From Nitrosarchaeum sp. (GTDB lineage: Archaea > Thermoproteota > Nitrososphaeria > Nitrososphaerales > Nitrosopumilaceae), in contig OZ245020.1 of assembly GCA_965223865.1 (NCBI GenBank), forward strand, positions 1,216,001 to 1,280,000: a DNA stretch of 64,000 bases, in the 5' to 3' direction. Shown one piece after another: positions 30,105 through 40,376 of this stretch (its first letter is position 1; each line of letters opens with the position of its first letter). Made by a program: the position numbers and the translations under genes. Under the pieces are notes generated by a model. The model searched no databases, had not been told where the DNA came from, and saw nothing but the letters and a program-made list of their open reading frames with translations.

Positions 30105-31546
30105 ATTGGCACCTCTGGTAACTTTACAGTATTTTCGAGTGCATGTGCTGCCTGAAGTAATGACTTGTCATTCATTGAATTTGCCAAGATTTGAATTCCT
30201 ATGGGTAATCCATTTGATACTTCAAATGGAACAGAGATTGCAGGTTTGCCTGTAAGGTTTGCAGTTACTGTATTGATATCTACAAGAAATAATGCAATTG
30301 GGTCATCAATCTTTTCTCCGATCTTAAATGGTAAAATTGGTACTGTTGGCGCAATCAAATAGTCATATTTTTCAAATACTTGATCTATTTCTTTTGTTAG
30401 TTTATTTTTAACTTTAAGCGCTTTTAGAAAATACTTTCCGGCGTGTCCTGTAGATGGAACATATCCTCCAAGAATCATTCTTCTTGTAACTTCGGGTCCA
30501 AACTGCGTTCTTGCCTTTGAAATGTATGAATTAAACTCATACCCTTCAACGGGAAAATCATACCCATATCGTAAATTATCATATCTTGCCAGATTACTTC
30601 CAGCTTCTGTTGCAGTTATGGTATAGTATGCAGCTACTGAATATTTTACCATGTCAAGTGATACTTCTTCACATTCGGCACCCAAATTCTCGAATTTTGA
30701 CACTGCATTTTTTGTTGCAGACAAGACAGCAGAGTCAATTCCTTCTCCTACCATCTCTTGAATTATGCCTATTTTTTTCCCTTCTATTCCTGAATCTATG
30801 CCTGCAAGATAGTCTTGTTGATTATTATCTACTGTAGTGTTGTCATTGGAGTCTTGTCCTGATATTATGTTTAGTAAAAATGCGGTGTCTTTTACAGTTC
30901 TTGTAATTGGACCTATTTGCTCAATGCTGTTTGCATAAGATATCAATCCAAATCTACTAATCAGACCATATGTTGGCTTGTAACCTACTACGCCACAAAA
31001 ACTTGCTGGGTTCCTGACAGAACCTCCTGTATCAGAACCCAGAGAAGCTACACACTCAAATGCACTAACTGACACTGCACTACCTCCTGAGGATCCTCCT
31101 GGAACATAATCTGTATTCCAAGGATTCATACTTGGTCCATAGGCACTAAATTCTGTAGTTAATCCCATTGCAAATTCATCAAGATTAGCTTTTCCCACAA
31201 AGATTGCATCTTGTTGTTTTAGTTTTGAAATTACAGTTGCATCATATGGTGCTGTAAAATTCTCCAGCATTTTTGATGCGCATGTAGTCTTTGAATCTTT
31301 GATGCAAATGTTGTCTTTAATTGACATTGGCATTCCAAAACAAGCCCCGACTTTTTGACCTAATTTTATTTTCTTGTCAATATCTCTTGCTTGTTCTAAT
31401 GCATCAGAATTTACTTGTAAAAATGCATGTAGTTTATCATCTATCTTACCAATTCGTTCTATTGTACTTGCAACAAAGTCTTCAGCTGAAATATTTCCAT
31501 TTTGTACTTCTTGTACATATTCTAAGGCAGAGATTTTTAGATTCAA
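30101..31546 (-). CDS. gatA: Asp/Glu-tRNA amidotransferase subunit A
   Basis: PGGSSGGSA, GSDTGGSVRNPA, NLARYD. Confidence 0.98.
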   Translation of the reverse strand: MNLKISALEYVQEVQNGNISAEDFVASTIERIGKIDDKLHAFLQVNSDALEQARDIDKKIKLGQKVGACFGMPMSIKDNICIKDSKTTCASKMLENFTAPYDATVISKLKQQDAIFVGKANLDEFAMGLTTEFSAYGPSMNPWNTDYVPGGSSGGSAVSVSAFECVASLGSDTGGSVRNPASFCGVVGYKPTYGLISRFGLISYANSIEQIGPITRTVKDTAFLLNIISGQDSNDNTTVDNNQQDYLAGIDSGIEGKKIGIIQEMVGEGIDSAVLSATKNAVSKFENLGAECEEVSLDMVKYSVAAYYTITATEAGSNLARYDNLRYGYDFPVEGYEFNSYISKARTQFGPEVTRRMILGGYVPSTGHAGKYFLKALKVKNKLTKEIDQVFEKYDYLIAPTVPILPFKIGEKIDDPIALFLVDINTVTANLTGKPAISVPFEVSNGLPIGIQILANSMNDKSLLQAAHALENTVKLPEVPI

Positions 31547-31813
31547 CTATACCATCTTTGGGGCTCTGACGAATGTTCCCTTGTAATTGTACAATTTTTC
31601 AATTAAATTTTCATTAAAGGTAATGTGCTTGTCTTCTCTTAATTCAGAAAGTGAAATATCATTAGTAATCATTTCATCTTCTTCAACTCCAGCTGAATCT
31701 AAAATATCAAAATAATCAATCATTGTATGGACTTTATCTATAAACTCTCTATGATCATCTATGTTAATTTTCATTAATTTTGCAACTTTGATTATCTCTT
31801 CTTCTGATACCAT
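31547..31813 (-). CDS. gatC: Asp/Glu-tRNA amidotransferase subunit C
   Basis: Directly upstream of gatA; VAKL, LRED, FVRAPK. Confidence 0.88.
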   Translation of the reverse strand: MVSEEEIIKVAKLMKINIDDHREFIDKVHTMIDYFDILDSAGVEEDEMITNDISLSELREDKHITFNENLIEKLYNYKGTFVRAPKMV

Positions 31814-31821
31814 ACAAATCA

Positions 31822-33132
31822 CTAGGGGGTCAATCTATCAACGTCTCTTGGATAAAATGTCACATCTCTGATGTTTTCTGTGCCTGTAAGTGCCATGATT
31901 AACCTCTCAAGTCCTATTCCACATCCAGCATGAGGTGGGACACCATAATCAAATGCTCCAAGATGATACTCAAAGGCATCTGTATTCATTCCCTTGTTTT
32001 TCATTCTCTCTTCAAGCTCGTTTCTTTTTTCAATTCTTGTACTACCTGAAGATAATTCTAAATCGCCAAACATCAAATCAAATGATTCAGAAATTTTTGG
32101 ATTCTCTTTACTTTCTTTAACATAAAATGGCTTTGGACCCATCGGCCAATCTTTGATAAAATAAAATCCTTCCAATCCAATTTTTTTGAGATTTGACGGA
32201 TAAAGATCATCTCCCCATTCAGTCTTTGCACCTGCTTTTTGCATTTTTTCAACTAGTTCATCATACGAGTATCTTGGAATATTTTCTGGAGTTTTAGGAA
32301 TTGCAAATTCAACGTTTGAATTATTTTTTGCATAATCATTTACTGTTTGAATAGAAATTTTGATAATATCTTCTATTCTATTCATCACATCATTATAATC
32401 AACAAAGGCTTCTTCCAAGTCAATTGAAATTGCCTCAGCAAGGTGACGATTAGTTCGTGATGGTTCTGCTCTAAAAATTGGAGCAATTTCAAAGACCTTT
32501 TCAAAACTCATTGTTAATTGTTCTTTATACAATTGTGGGCTTTGAGCCAAGAATGCTTCTTTGTTGTAATAAAAAATTGGAAATAAAGCCGCACCTCCTT
32601 CTGTTGCAGTTGCAATCATCTTTGGCGTGTTTATCTCTGTAAATTTCTGTACATAAAAATAATCTCTAATTGATTTTATAACCTGACTTCGAACATTAAA
32701 GATATCTTGTAAAACTTTACGTCGCAAATCAATCGGTCTGACCTCCAGTCTTGTGTCTATGTTTTTTACAGTCTTTGCTACTGGCTCAAAAGGTGGAATC
32801 TTTTCAACTTCTGAAAACACTCTTAGCTTAGATGGTACGATCTCATAGCCTGAAGGTGCCTTTTCTGATGCTTTCACCTTGCCGGAAATTGCAATAGAGG
32901 AATGAGCCTTGAGAGATGACAATTTTTCTCTTACATCATCTGGGCAATCTCCTTTTTTGGCAACAATTGATATTTGGCCATTTTTGTCTTGAATGGTTAC
33001 AAAGGAAATATTTCCATGCCCTCTAATCGTTAAAACCCATCCCATTACGGTAACATCAGATCCATCTATTGATGCATTTAGTTCACTTGAATAGTGAGAT
33101 CTGCGTAATGTTCCAAGTTCTGTTTCTATCAT
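31822..33132 (-). CDS. aspS: Aspartate-tRNA ligase, archaeal (probably non-discriminating)
   Basis: OB fold, LAQSPQLYK, FRAE, PPHAGCGIGLER; clustered with gatCAB. Confidence 0.96.
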   Translation of the reverse strand: MIETELGTLRRSHYSSELNASIDGSDVTVMGWVLTIRGHGNISFVTIQDKNGQISIVAKKGDCPDDVREKLSSLKAHSSIAISGKVKASEKAPSGYEIVPSKLRVFSEVEKIPPFEPVAKTVKNIDTRLEVRPIDLRRKVLQDIFNVRSQVIKSIRDYFYVQKFTEINTPKMIATATEGGAALFPIFYYNKEAFLAQSPQLYKEQLTMSFEKVFEIAPIFRAEPSRTNRHLAEAISIDLEEAFVDYNDVMNRIEDIIKISIQTVNDYAKNNSNVEFAIPKTPENIPRYSYDELVEKMQKAGAKTEWGDDLYPSNLKKIGLEGFYFIKDWPMGPKPFYVKESKENPKISESFDLMFGDLELSSGSTRIEKRNELEERMKNKGMNTDAFEYHLGAFDYGVPPHAGCGIGLERLIMALTGTENIRDVTFYPRDVDRLTP

Positions 33133-33272
33133 AATTTACTAGATTGCCTTTTACTGGTGTAATTAATTTTTACACGGAAAACAGGTACATTTTCTTTAAT
33201 TTGGATATTCTTTAGGTTATAATTTCTGAAAAGTAACATTTATCATAAGAAAATAATCCAATCCAAAACAAG

Positions 33273-33464
33273 TTGGATATACTAATGGCAATAGTAATTG
33301 CCTTCATAATAATCGTCGCAGGATATGTTGGGTATCATGCCTCACAGGATGCAGGATATGAAAAAGAAGCAGATGCACACAGTATTTTGCCTGAATCTCA
33401 AATTCATTCTTACAAATTCTCGCAAATGATCCAAATTGAACCCGATCAGATCATAATTCGATAA
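33273..33464 (+). CDS. Small membrane-anchored protein
   Basis: N-terminal TM helix. Confidence 0.6.
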   Translation: MDILMAIVIAFIIIVAGYVGYHASQDAGYEKEADAHSILPESQIHSYKFSQMIQIEPDQIIIR

Positions 33465-33510
33465 TTTTAGGATTTTTAGATTAAATTACTGTATGTATTA
33501 TCGATTTTAC

Positions 33511-33720
33511 ATGACATTAACTGATAAAGAAAAAGCAATTGCGATAATTTCAAATGGTATTGCTGTTTTCTCTCTATACCAAGAAAGAGGAGAATTGCCT
33601 GAAAATGTTACAATGTATGACTTTATTCTTAAAACAATTCCACAAAACATCAAAGGAGAACTTAGTGCCCAATTAATTGATGAGGTTTTTGGGTATGTTT
33701 CCTCCGCACACAGTTCATAA
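33511..33720 (+). CDS. Hypothetical protein
   Basis: ORF MTLTDKEKAIAII... Confidence 0.7.
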   Translation: MTLTDKEKAIAIISNGIAVFSLYQERGELPENVTMYDFILKTIPQNIKGELSAQLIDEVFGYVSSAHSS

Positions 33721-33747
33721 AGTACAAAGAAATAGGTAAAATATCAT

Positions 33748-34773
33748 ATGATATCAGTTGCTACACTTGGTTCTCATTGTGCACTTCAAGTTCTAAAGGG
33801 TGCAAAAGATGAGGGACTAAAGACCCTTCTAGTTTGTGAGAAAAAACGTGAGAAACTATACCGAAGATTTCCCTTTATTGATGAATTGATTCTTGTAGAT
33901 TCTTTTTCAGAAGTTTTAGACCAGAGATGTCAATCGATTCTGGAGCAAAACAATGCAGTAATTATTCCTCATGGAACTTTAATTGCACAGATGACCTCTG
34001 AGCAAATCGAATCGATAAAGACCCCCATTTTTGGAAATAAGTGGATTCTAAGGTGGGAATCAGACAGAGAGATGAAAGAAAAACTCATGAGAGAAGCAAG
34101 TCTTCCTGTACCAACTCCAGTTTCTAATCCAAAAGATATCGACAAACTTGTAATTGTAAAAAGACAGGGAGCAGCAGGTGGCAAAGGATACTTTATGGCT
34201 GCAAATGAACAAGATTACCACACCAAAAGAAATCAACTAATTTCAGAAGGAGTGATTTCTAAGGATGAAACATTATACATTCAAGAATATGCTGCAGGCG
34301 TTTTGGCTTACTTGCAATTCTTTTATTCACCACTAAAACAAGAATTAGAATTTTTTGGTGTTGATCAAAGACACGAATCAGACATTGAAGGACTTGCAAG
34401 AATTCCATCTCAACAACAACTAAAAAGTGACAAGGTTCCCTCCTTTAATGTAATTGGAAACAGTCCGCTTGTTTTACGAGAATCCCTGCTTGATGAAGTG
34501 TATACAATGGGAGATAATTTTGTAGAAGCTGCTAAGAGACTTGTTTCTCCTGGAATGAATGGTCCATTCTGCATAGAAGGAGTGTATGATGAGAATGCAA
34601 AATTTACTTCCTTTGAATTTTCAGCAAGAATTGTGGCTGGAACCAACATCTACATGGATGGCTCTCCGTACTATTCTTTACTTTATGGTGAACACATGAG
34701 CATGGGGAAACGAATTGCTCGGGAAATAAACACTGCTGATCAAAATAATCTTTTAGATAAAGTTACAACCTAA
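33748..34773 (+). CDS. purP: PurP-family ATP-grasp ligase (FAICAR synthetase)
   Basis: ATLGSHCALQ, GAKDEG, GGKGYF, FEFSARIVAGTN. Confidence 0.94.
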   Translation: MISVATLGSHCALQVLKGAKDEGLKTLLVCEKKREKLYRRFPFIDELILVDSFSEVLDQRCQSILEQNNAVIIPHGTLIAQMTSEQIESIKTPIFGNKWILRWESDREMKEKLMREASLPVPTPVSNPKDIDKLVIVKRQGAAGGKGYFMAANEQDYHTKRNQLISEGVISKDETLYIQEYAAGVLAYLQFFYSPLKQELEFFGVDQRHESDIEGLARIPSQQQLKSDKVPSFNVIGNSPLVLRESLLDEVYTMGDNFVEAAKRLVSPGMNGPFCIEGVYDENAKFTSFEFSARIVAGTNIYMDGSPYYSLLYGEHMSMGKRIAREINTADQNNLLDKVTT

Positions 34774-35254
34774 TTAGAGGTTTTATTCTTACAATCACTG
34801 TTACTATTGTAATTAAAAGTGCAAATCCTAGTATTGCTCCAAATGGAAATTCAGGAATCACATGTGTTCCTATAATTTCAACTTCCTCGGTAAACTCTGG
34901 AATATAAAAAGAAAATTTTGAACTGTCTGAATCTGAAATCATCTCATAATCTATTTCATATCCATTTACTAGTATTGCAAACTCGTTGTTCTCAGCATTT
35001 ATCATCTCATGTTGTAAATCAATTTCAAAAATAGAGTTTTTAGAATTTTCAAGACCTATAAGTAAAGATGTCAATTCAGGATCGATTGCCATGGCAAGAA
35101 CTTTGGCATCGACATTATATGGAATAGAATATGTATGTTCATCAATAACAAGTACATACTCTAAGGGATTTTCAACCCCCACATAATTCAAATGTGATTC
35201 AGCAAAGACAGGTATTGGAAATAAAAATAGTGAAAACATGAAAAGATACTTCAT
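34763..35254 (-). CDS. Secreted protein with PEF(G)-CTERM-type sorting signal
   Basis: Signal peptide; IIGTHVIPEF followed by TM helix and basic tail. Confidence 0.85.
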   Translation of the reverse strand: MKYLFMFSLFLFPIPVFAESHLNYVGVENPLEYVLVIDEHTYSIPYNVDAKVLAMAIDPELTSLLIGLENSKNSIFEIDLQHEMINAENNEFAILVNGYEIDYEMISDSDSSKFSFYIPEFTEEVEIIGTHVIPEFPFGAILGFALLITIVTVIVRIKPLIRL

Positions 35255-35667
35255 TTATTAAAAATCAGTTAATCATCTATTAGAGTATTTTTTTGATTTA
35301 CACTATACTATAGAAATTTTCCTTTCATTTGTGTTATTTTTGGGGCTAGTTTTTTTGGAATTTTTAGGTAAATCCAGCTGGTTAGCATATCATCTAGACT
35401 TGTTTAAGATAATTAGCAGTTTGCTTGCCTTTTCCATTATATGAGAATGTAATTTTTCAATTAAAGAACAAAGTAAACGATGGAATGCAATTGAAAATTG
35501 AATATTTCTAGTCATAAAGCGATCAATATCTGTTAATTGCTTAGCATTATGAAAAATCATGAAATAATTTAATGAAATATTTCTTTGAATTATCTACAAG
35601 ATTGAGTTGTTTATTTAATGATTTCATAATTTTACAAAAATTGATAAAAGCAGTCTTTTGATGAGAG

Positions 35668-36021
35668 TTGATGACTGATTTTATTCATCAACCTTACAAA
35701 ACTATCTATGTTAGAGACATGATAAAGATGAGCCTAGATGACCTTCTAAACATGATGTCTACTTTAGAGTCAGGTAATGCCTATTGGATTGATGGAGTCC
35801 TTTTTGCCAGTTTTGCAATGACAGACTCTGAAGAATTGGCAAAAAAAGAGATTCAAGGAGAAACATATCTTGATAAAATTATTTTTGCAAAATATGAAAA
35901 ATACACAAAAACTGCAAAATCCTCTACGAATCTTGAAATCAATATTTTAAATGTTCAAAAAAGTTGTCTTTATGGAGATTTGATAAAATGGTTAAAACAA
36001 CAACCCATTTGGAATGAATGA
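35668..36021 (+). CDS. Hypothetical protein
   Basis: 117 aa ORF. Confidence 0.75.
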   Translation: MMTDFIHQPYKTIYVRDMIKMSLDDLLNMMSTLESGNAYWIDGVLFASFAMTDSEELAKKEIQGETYLDKIIFAKYEKYTKTAKSSTNLEINILNVQKSCLYGDLIKWLKQQPIWNE

Positions 36022-36074
36022 TAATTTTAAAATTCAATCCACATCATCACAAATTTTCTAATAGTTTCTCTTAA

Positions 36075-36860
36075 CTATTTTGCAGCAACTTCCATTCCGT
36101 GCTGGGATTTTATAATGTACTTGTCACGGATTTTTACACTTGCCCAATCAATAATTAAAACTGTTATGAGTACTACAATCATAAAGACAGCTGCTTTTCC
36201 ATACTCAAAGAATTTGATATAGTTAATGATGTAAAATCCAATTCCACCAGCACCTACAAGACCCAAGATACTAGTTTGTCTTACATTATAATCAAACATG
36301 TAGAGCATCTGACTTAGGAGATGTGGTGCTGATTCAGGCAATACCACATATCTGATTAACTGCCATTTTGAAACCCCAATTGAGCTTACAGCATCCATTG
36401 GATCTGAATCAATTGTCTCAATTGCCTCATACTGTAATTTTGCGACAAAGCCTATTGTATACATGATAATTGCCAATACTCCCGCAAATGGTCCTAATCC
36501 AACCATGATGACAAACAAAATTGCCCATAGAATTGATGGGAAGGTTCTGATTGCTGCAAGAATAGCTCTAACTGGTGCATAGACATATTTGCTGTTTAGG
36601 TTTCGTGCTGCAAACATACTAAGTGGTAATGAAATAACAACTCCCACTAGTGTTCCGATAAACGCCATCTGTATTGTCTCAAACATTGACCAAAATGCTG
36701 TCTCAAATAATTCTGGTTTTACTTCTGTAATCTCTTCGGCAACTATTGCTAGGTTGGGTAATCCCTGTATGAACTCAATTGGATTTGCCTCTATATTGTA
36801 AGAGGCTGCAACAAAAAGTGCAATGATTACTCCAATTATGAGATTATTTTTGGGAGTCGT
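36075..36860 (-). CDS. phnE: Phosphonate/phosphite ABC transporter permease
   Basis: ETIQMA, RTFPS, GLGPFAG, LGLVGAGGIG; frame extends to ACG at 36860 (first ATG 36686). Confidence 0.93.
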   Translation of the reverse strand, partial: TTPKNNLIIGVIIALFVAASYNIEANPIEFIQGLPNLAIVAEEITEVKPELFETAFWSMFETIQMAFIGTLVGVVISLPLSMFAARNLNSKYVYAPVRAILAAIRTFPSILWAILFVIMVGLGPFAGVLAIIMYTIGFVAKLQYEAIETIDSDPMDAVSSIGVSKWQLIRYVVLPESAPHLLSQMLYMFDYNVRQTSILGLVGAGGIGFYIINYIKFFEYGKAAVFMIVVLITVLIIDWASVKIRDKYIIKSQHGMEVAAK

Positions 36861-37674
36861 CTGAATACATCTCCATAATTTCTTCTGTAGTAAAATTTCC
36901 TGTTTGAAAATCTACGATTTTATCTCCTTCCACTCCAATCTCGAGAATTTTCTCCCCATCTTTAATAACGGCCACTCGATTTGCATACTCTAATGCAAGC
37001 TGCATATCATGATGAACCATAATTGCAGTAAGATTCATTGTCTTTTGTGCATCTGCAATCAAATCCATTATTTCTCTAGCAGTAACATGATCTAATTCTG
37101 AAACAATCTCATCTGCTAACAACAAGGTTGGTTTTTGCATAAATGCACGAGCTATTGCGACTCTTCGTTTTTCACCACCACTTAACATGTATGCCTTTCT
37201 ATTCTCTTTTCCTTCAAGGCCAACTTTTCTTAGAATTTTTTTAGCTTCTGCAATTTCTTCTTCAGGAAATATCTTGAATAATGACTGAACTTTTCCCATT
37301 CTAGGTAATGCTCCAATCAAAGTATTTTCAAGAACTGTAATGTTTTTTATCAGACCTAGACTCTGTGGTATGTATCCAATTTTATGCATCATTAATTTGA
37401 ATTTCTTATCGTTCATGTTTGGCGTTTGATAGTCAATTTTGATTGTACCTTTACTTGGTTTCATCATTCCATTCATCAATTTAAGCAAAGTTGATTTTCC
37501 AGAACCTGATTGACCTACTATGGCATAGTTTGTTCCTCTATCAATTGAAAGATTAATTCCTTTTAGGGCAAAATTTTTTGAATCATATGACGTATAGACA
37601 TCATTCATTTGAATAATTTTTTTTGTAGAAATTAAAGAAAAAGAAGATGTTTTAGTCATCTGTATTAGTTCCAT
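36844..37674 (-). CDS. phnC: Phosphonate/phosphite ABC transporter ATPase
   Basis: GQSGSGKS, LSGGEKRRVAIARA, LLADE. Confidence 0.93.
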   Translation of the reverse strand: MELIQMTKTSSFSLISTKKIIQMNDVYTSYDSKNFALKGINLSIDRGTNYAIVGQSGSGKSTLLKLMNGMMKPSKGTIKIDYQTPNMNDKKFKLMMHKIGYIPQSLGLIKNITVLENTLIGALPRMGKVQSLFKIFPEEEIAEAKKILRKVGLEGKENRKAYMLSGGEKRRVAIARAFMQKPTLLLADEIVSELDHVTAREIMDLIADAQKTMNLTAIMVHHDMQLALEYANRVAVIKDGEKILEIGVEGDKIVDFQTGNFTTEEIMEMYSDDSQK

Positions 37675-37691
37675 TTCTGGCTCTACCGTTT

Positions 37692-38783
37692 TTATTTGCT
37701 CTTGTTGTATTTGTCCAAGATTAGCTGGTCTAATCCAGTTAAGGCATTAATGAATGTGCCAAAGTCACCAATATGCATGCTAGTTGTGGTTGGAACCAGT
37801 GCTTCAGCACCATAAAGATCCTTCAATATCTTGTTGTTCTCATCATAGTTTAGCTCAATTAGAGCATCAACTAGAGCATTTTTAGTAGAATCTGACATGC
37901 TTTCACTTACCATAAACACATGAGATGGTACTGGACCTATTGTAGTTACAGGACGTAATTTTTGTTGGTCTTCAAGTTCGAGATATTTTTGTGGAGCAAT
38001 ATCTGAACCAAATGCTACATCGACCTTTTCATTGAGGAGTAACTCTAATGCTGCTTTGTACCCTCCTGCAAAGGTATAACTCTCAAAGTTTTCTCCAAGT
38101 GCAGATTCTAAAGCAATAATATCTTCTCCTTCAATATTCACATGCCCTTCCGTCACTAATGTTCCCATTGGTCTAACAAAACCAGATGAACCAGTAATAC
38201 TCGTGAATGCAACTTTTTTACCAAGTGTGTCTTCTAGTGTTTGAATAGAGTCATTATTTGCTGTTGTCCATACTGTTGCTTGGTAGTTGACTTTGCCTGC
38301 TACAAGCTCTGCTAATACTGCCTCTGCACCAGTTCTCTCATGAGTAATCCATGCTGGACCTGTATCCATAAAGGCAGCATCAATGTGGCCAAATCTCATT
38401 CCTTCAATAATTGTCTCATAGTTTGTTGGAATTACCAATTCCACATCAACCCCAAGCTCATTTTCAAGAAATTTTTCCAACTCTTCAGCTTTTGGAGTTA
38501 ACTCATCTGCTTTTTCTACCGGGATAAAGCCTATGGTAATTTTATTCACATCTGGAGTTTGTCCACCCGATGAAACATTGATGACACCACTCTCAATTAA
38601 GAATTCAATACCATTGAGAAAAGTTTTATCATCGACTTGTCCCTCGGACCACCATTTTGCATTATTTTTAATCCATTCAGGGATTAAGTTTTGAGCATCT
38701 ACAGTTTGTGTAGTTAATGGAACAGTTGTTGCACTAATTACTGCTAATGCAGCAAAAAGTGTAAGAGCTGTTTGTCGTTTCAT
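37692..38783 (-). CDS. phnD: Phosphonate/phosphite/phosphate substrate-binding protein
   Basis: Signal peptide; IGFIP, YETIIEGMRFGHIDAA, SSGF; operon with phnCE. Confidence 0.92.
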   Translation of the reverse strand: MKRQTALTLFAALAVISATTVPLTTQTVDAQNLIPEWIKNNAKWWSEGQVDDKTFLNGIEFLIESGVINVSSGGQTPDVNKITIGFIPVEKADELTPKAEELEKFLENELGVDVELVIPTNYETIIEGMRFGHIDAAFMDTGPAWITHERTGAEAVLAELVAGKVNYQATVWTTANNDSIQTLEDTLGKKVAFTSITGSSGFVRPMGTLVTEGHVNIEGEDIIALESALGENFESYTFAGGYKAALELLLNEKVDVAFGSDIAPQKYLELEDQQKLRPVTTIGPVPSHVFMVSESMSDSTKNALVDALIELNYDENNKILKDLYGAEALVPTTTSMHIGDFGTFINALTGLDQLILDKYNKSK

Positions 38784-38810
38784 TTTATTAAAAACCTTAG
38801 GACCAGCTAA

Positions 38811-38849
38811 GTTATTTAAATTAGATATTCATTCTATATTCTCATTCTA
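38811..38849 (-). promoter_or_regulatory. phnD promoter: TATA box plus upstream TAGAATGAGAAT motif
   Basis: TTTAAATAAC 27 nt before ATG; same two elements recur at 39590-39623. Confidence 0.6.
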
Positions 38850-38879
38850 GAGACTTGGAATAAGTATGGAAAAATAAGA

Positions 38880-39230
38880 TTAATCTGATTGTGGTTTGTT
38901 GCTTGTGTTAGGATATAGATTTAAGCTTGGTTCTAAATCATTTATTGTGATTTCTACTTTTCCTATCCTACTTCTGTATTGTTTTATTTTTTTTCCTTCA
39001 TTAGATATGATGAATTGATCCACTTCTGCCAATGCAAGATCTTCTAGATTTGCTAAGGTTTTGTAAACTGTAGAAAGAGAAATTTTTAATTCATCTGCAA
39101 TTTGATTTGCATCTTTTGGAGTTTCTTTGATTGAAAATAATACTGCACGAGTACAAACATTACTAAGTGATTCTATAATTTTTTGAGTAATATCAAATTC
39201 GCTTAATTGAATTATGTTTGGTTTTGACAT
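38880..39230 (-). CDS. ArsR-like winged-helix regulator
   Basis: IADELKISLSTVYKTLANLE. Confidence 0.9.
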   Translation of the reverse strand: MSKPNIIQLSEFDITQKIIESLSNVCTRAVLFSIKETPKDANQIADELKISLSTVYKTLANLEDLALAEVDQFIISNEGKKIKQYRSRIGKVEITINDLEPSLNLYPNTSNKPQSD

Positions 39231-39237
39231 GGGTCAT

Positions 39238-39567
39238 CTAATTTGGAACTAAATTTAGTGTAGGTTCTGGCTTTTTAATACTAATATCCGCCTTTGAAAT
39301 TCTGCTTCGGTAAACCTTAAATTTCCTTCCCTTGTCTGAAAGCATCCATTTTTCTACTTCAATTAATGTAAGCTCTTCAAGATCAGCTAATTTTTTGTAA
39401 ACAGAACTGAGTGGAATCTTTAGTTTTTCAGATAATTCAGATGCCGTTTTTCCAGATTTTGTGATTGAAAATAATATGGCTCTTGATTCTGCATCTGCAA
39501 GTGCTTCAATTACTTTTTGAGTGATGTCATATTTTTTTAATTGTGGTAATGTGAGTCGCTTTGGCAT
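39238..39567 (-). CDS. ArsR-like winged-helix regulator (paralogue of downstream gene)
   Basis: LSEKLKIPLSSVYKKLADLE; shares DITQK..IE.L. Confidence 0.9.
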   Translation of the reverse strand: MPKRLTLPQLKKYDITQKVIEALADAESRAILFSITKSGKTASELSEKLKIPLSSVYKKLADLEELTLIEVEKWMLSDKGRKFKVYRSRISKADISIKKPEPTLNLVPN

Positions 39568-39589
39568 ATGAAATGAGATTTATGGATGA

Positions 39590-39623
39590 GTTATTTAAAC
39601 GAGATGGTGTAATTCTCATTCTA
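39590..39623 (-). promoter_or_regulatory. Promoter of the regulator pair: TATA box plus TAGAATGAGAAT motif
   Basis: GTTATTTAAA at 39590-39599 and ATTCTCATTCTA at 39612-39623 on + strand. Confidence 0.6.
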
Positions 39624-39636
39624 TAGATTTAGAATA

Positions 39637-40365
39637 TTAACTCTGTCTGGTAATTTCTTGTTCGGGTTTAAAATGATTCCAGAGCATTCCCAAAATTAAA
39701 GCAACTGAAATCCAAAATGCTGAAACCCCAAGAACAGACACTACCCTGAATCCTTCTACCAGATCTGCTGGAGCTGATACCTCATCAGGATTTTCTGGCA
39801 TTACAACAAAAACTATTGACATGAAAACAGCATAACCTATTAAAGCAATGAATTTCTTTTTGTTCTGGAATTTTTTAGATAATCTGTAAAATCCTACTGC
39901 TGCAAATCCAGAAATTGCAATAAAGGAAACGTATAGGATTGCTCGTAATACTACCGTTTCAGTTTCTCCCACAGTTGGAGGGTTTGCAGGATATTTTAAG
40001 AATGGAATAAAATACAATGTAAGCCACATTACTCCAGCTAAAGCTAGAGCCTTTTTCACATCATTACTTCCAGGAAGTGAATTTTTTGATAACGCAAATA
40101 CGATTCCAAATAATGCTCCCACAGAGGTACCTAAAATAACCCCTGCTAAAATCTGGCCACTCTTCTGCCAAGTTCTATATCCTTCGTATTCTATCCAAAA
40201 CTCCAAGGTATCTTCTTCCTCACCTGAATCAAACAGATTTTGATTTTCAATTCCTATCGCTTGGTCTAGATAGGGTTCTACAATTGCAAAATTAACTGCT
40301 CCATGAACCAACCCTGCAAACGCACCTGAAACTAGAACAATTATTAGAAAAAGAAATGTTTTCAT
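39637..40365 (-). CDS. cbtA: CbtA-family putative cobalt transporter subunit
   Basis: EPYLDQAIGIE, PFLKYPANPPTVG, multiple TM helices. Confidence 0.9.
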   Translation of the reverse strand: MKTFLFLIIVLVSGAFAGLVHGAVNFAIVEPYLDQAIGIENQNLFDSGEEEDTLEFWIEYEGYRTWQKSGQILAGVILGTSVGALFGIVFALSKNSLPGSNDVKKALALAGVMWLTLYFIPFLKYPANPPTVGETETVVLRAILYVSFIAISGFAAVGFYRLSKKFQNKKKFIALIGYAVFMSIVFVVMPENPDEVSAPADLVEGFRVVSVLGVSAFWISVALILGMLWNHFKPEQEITRQS

Positions 40366-40376
40366 GATATTAACCC

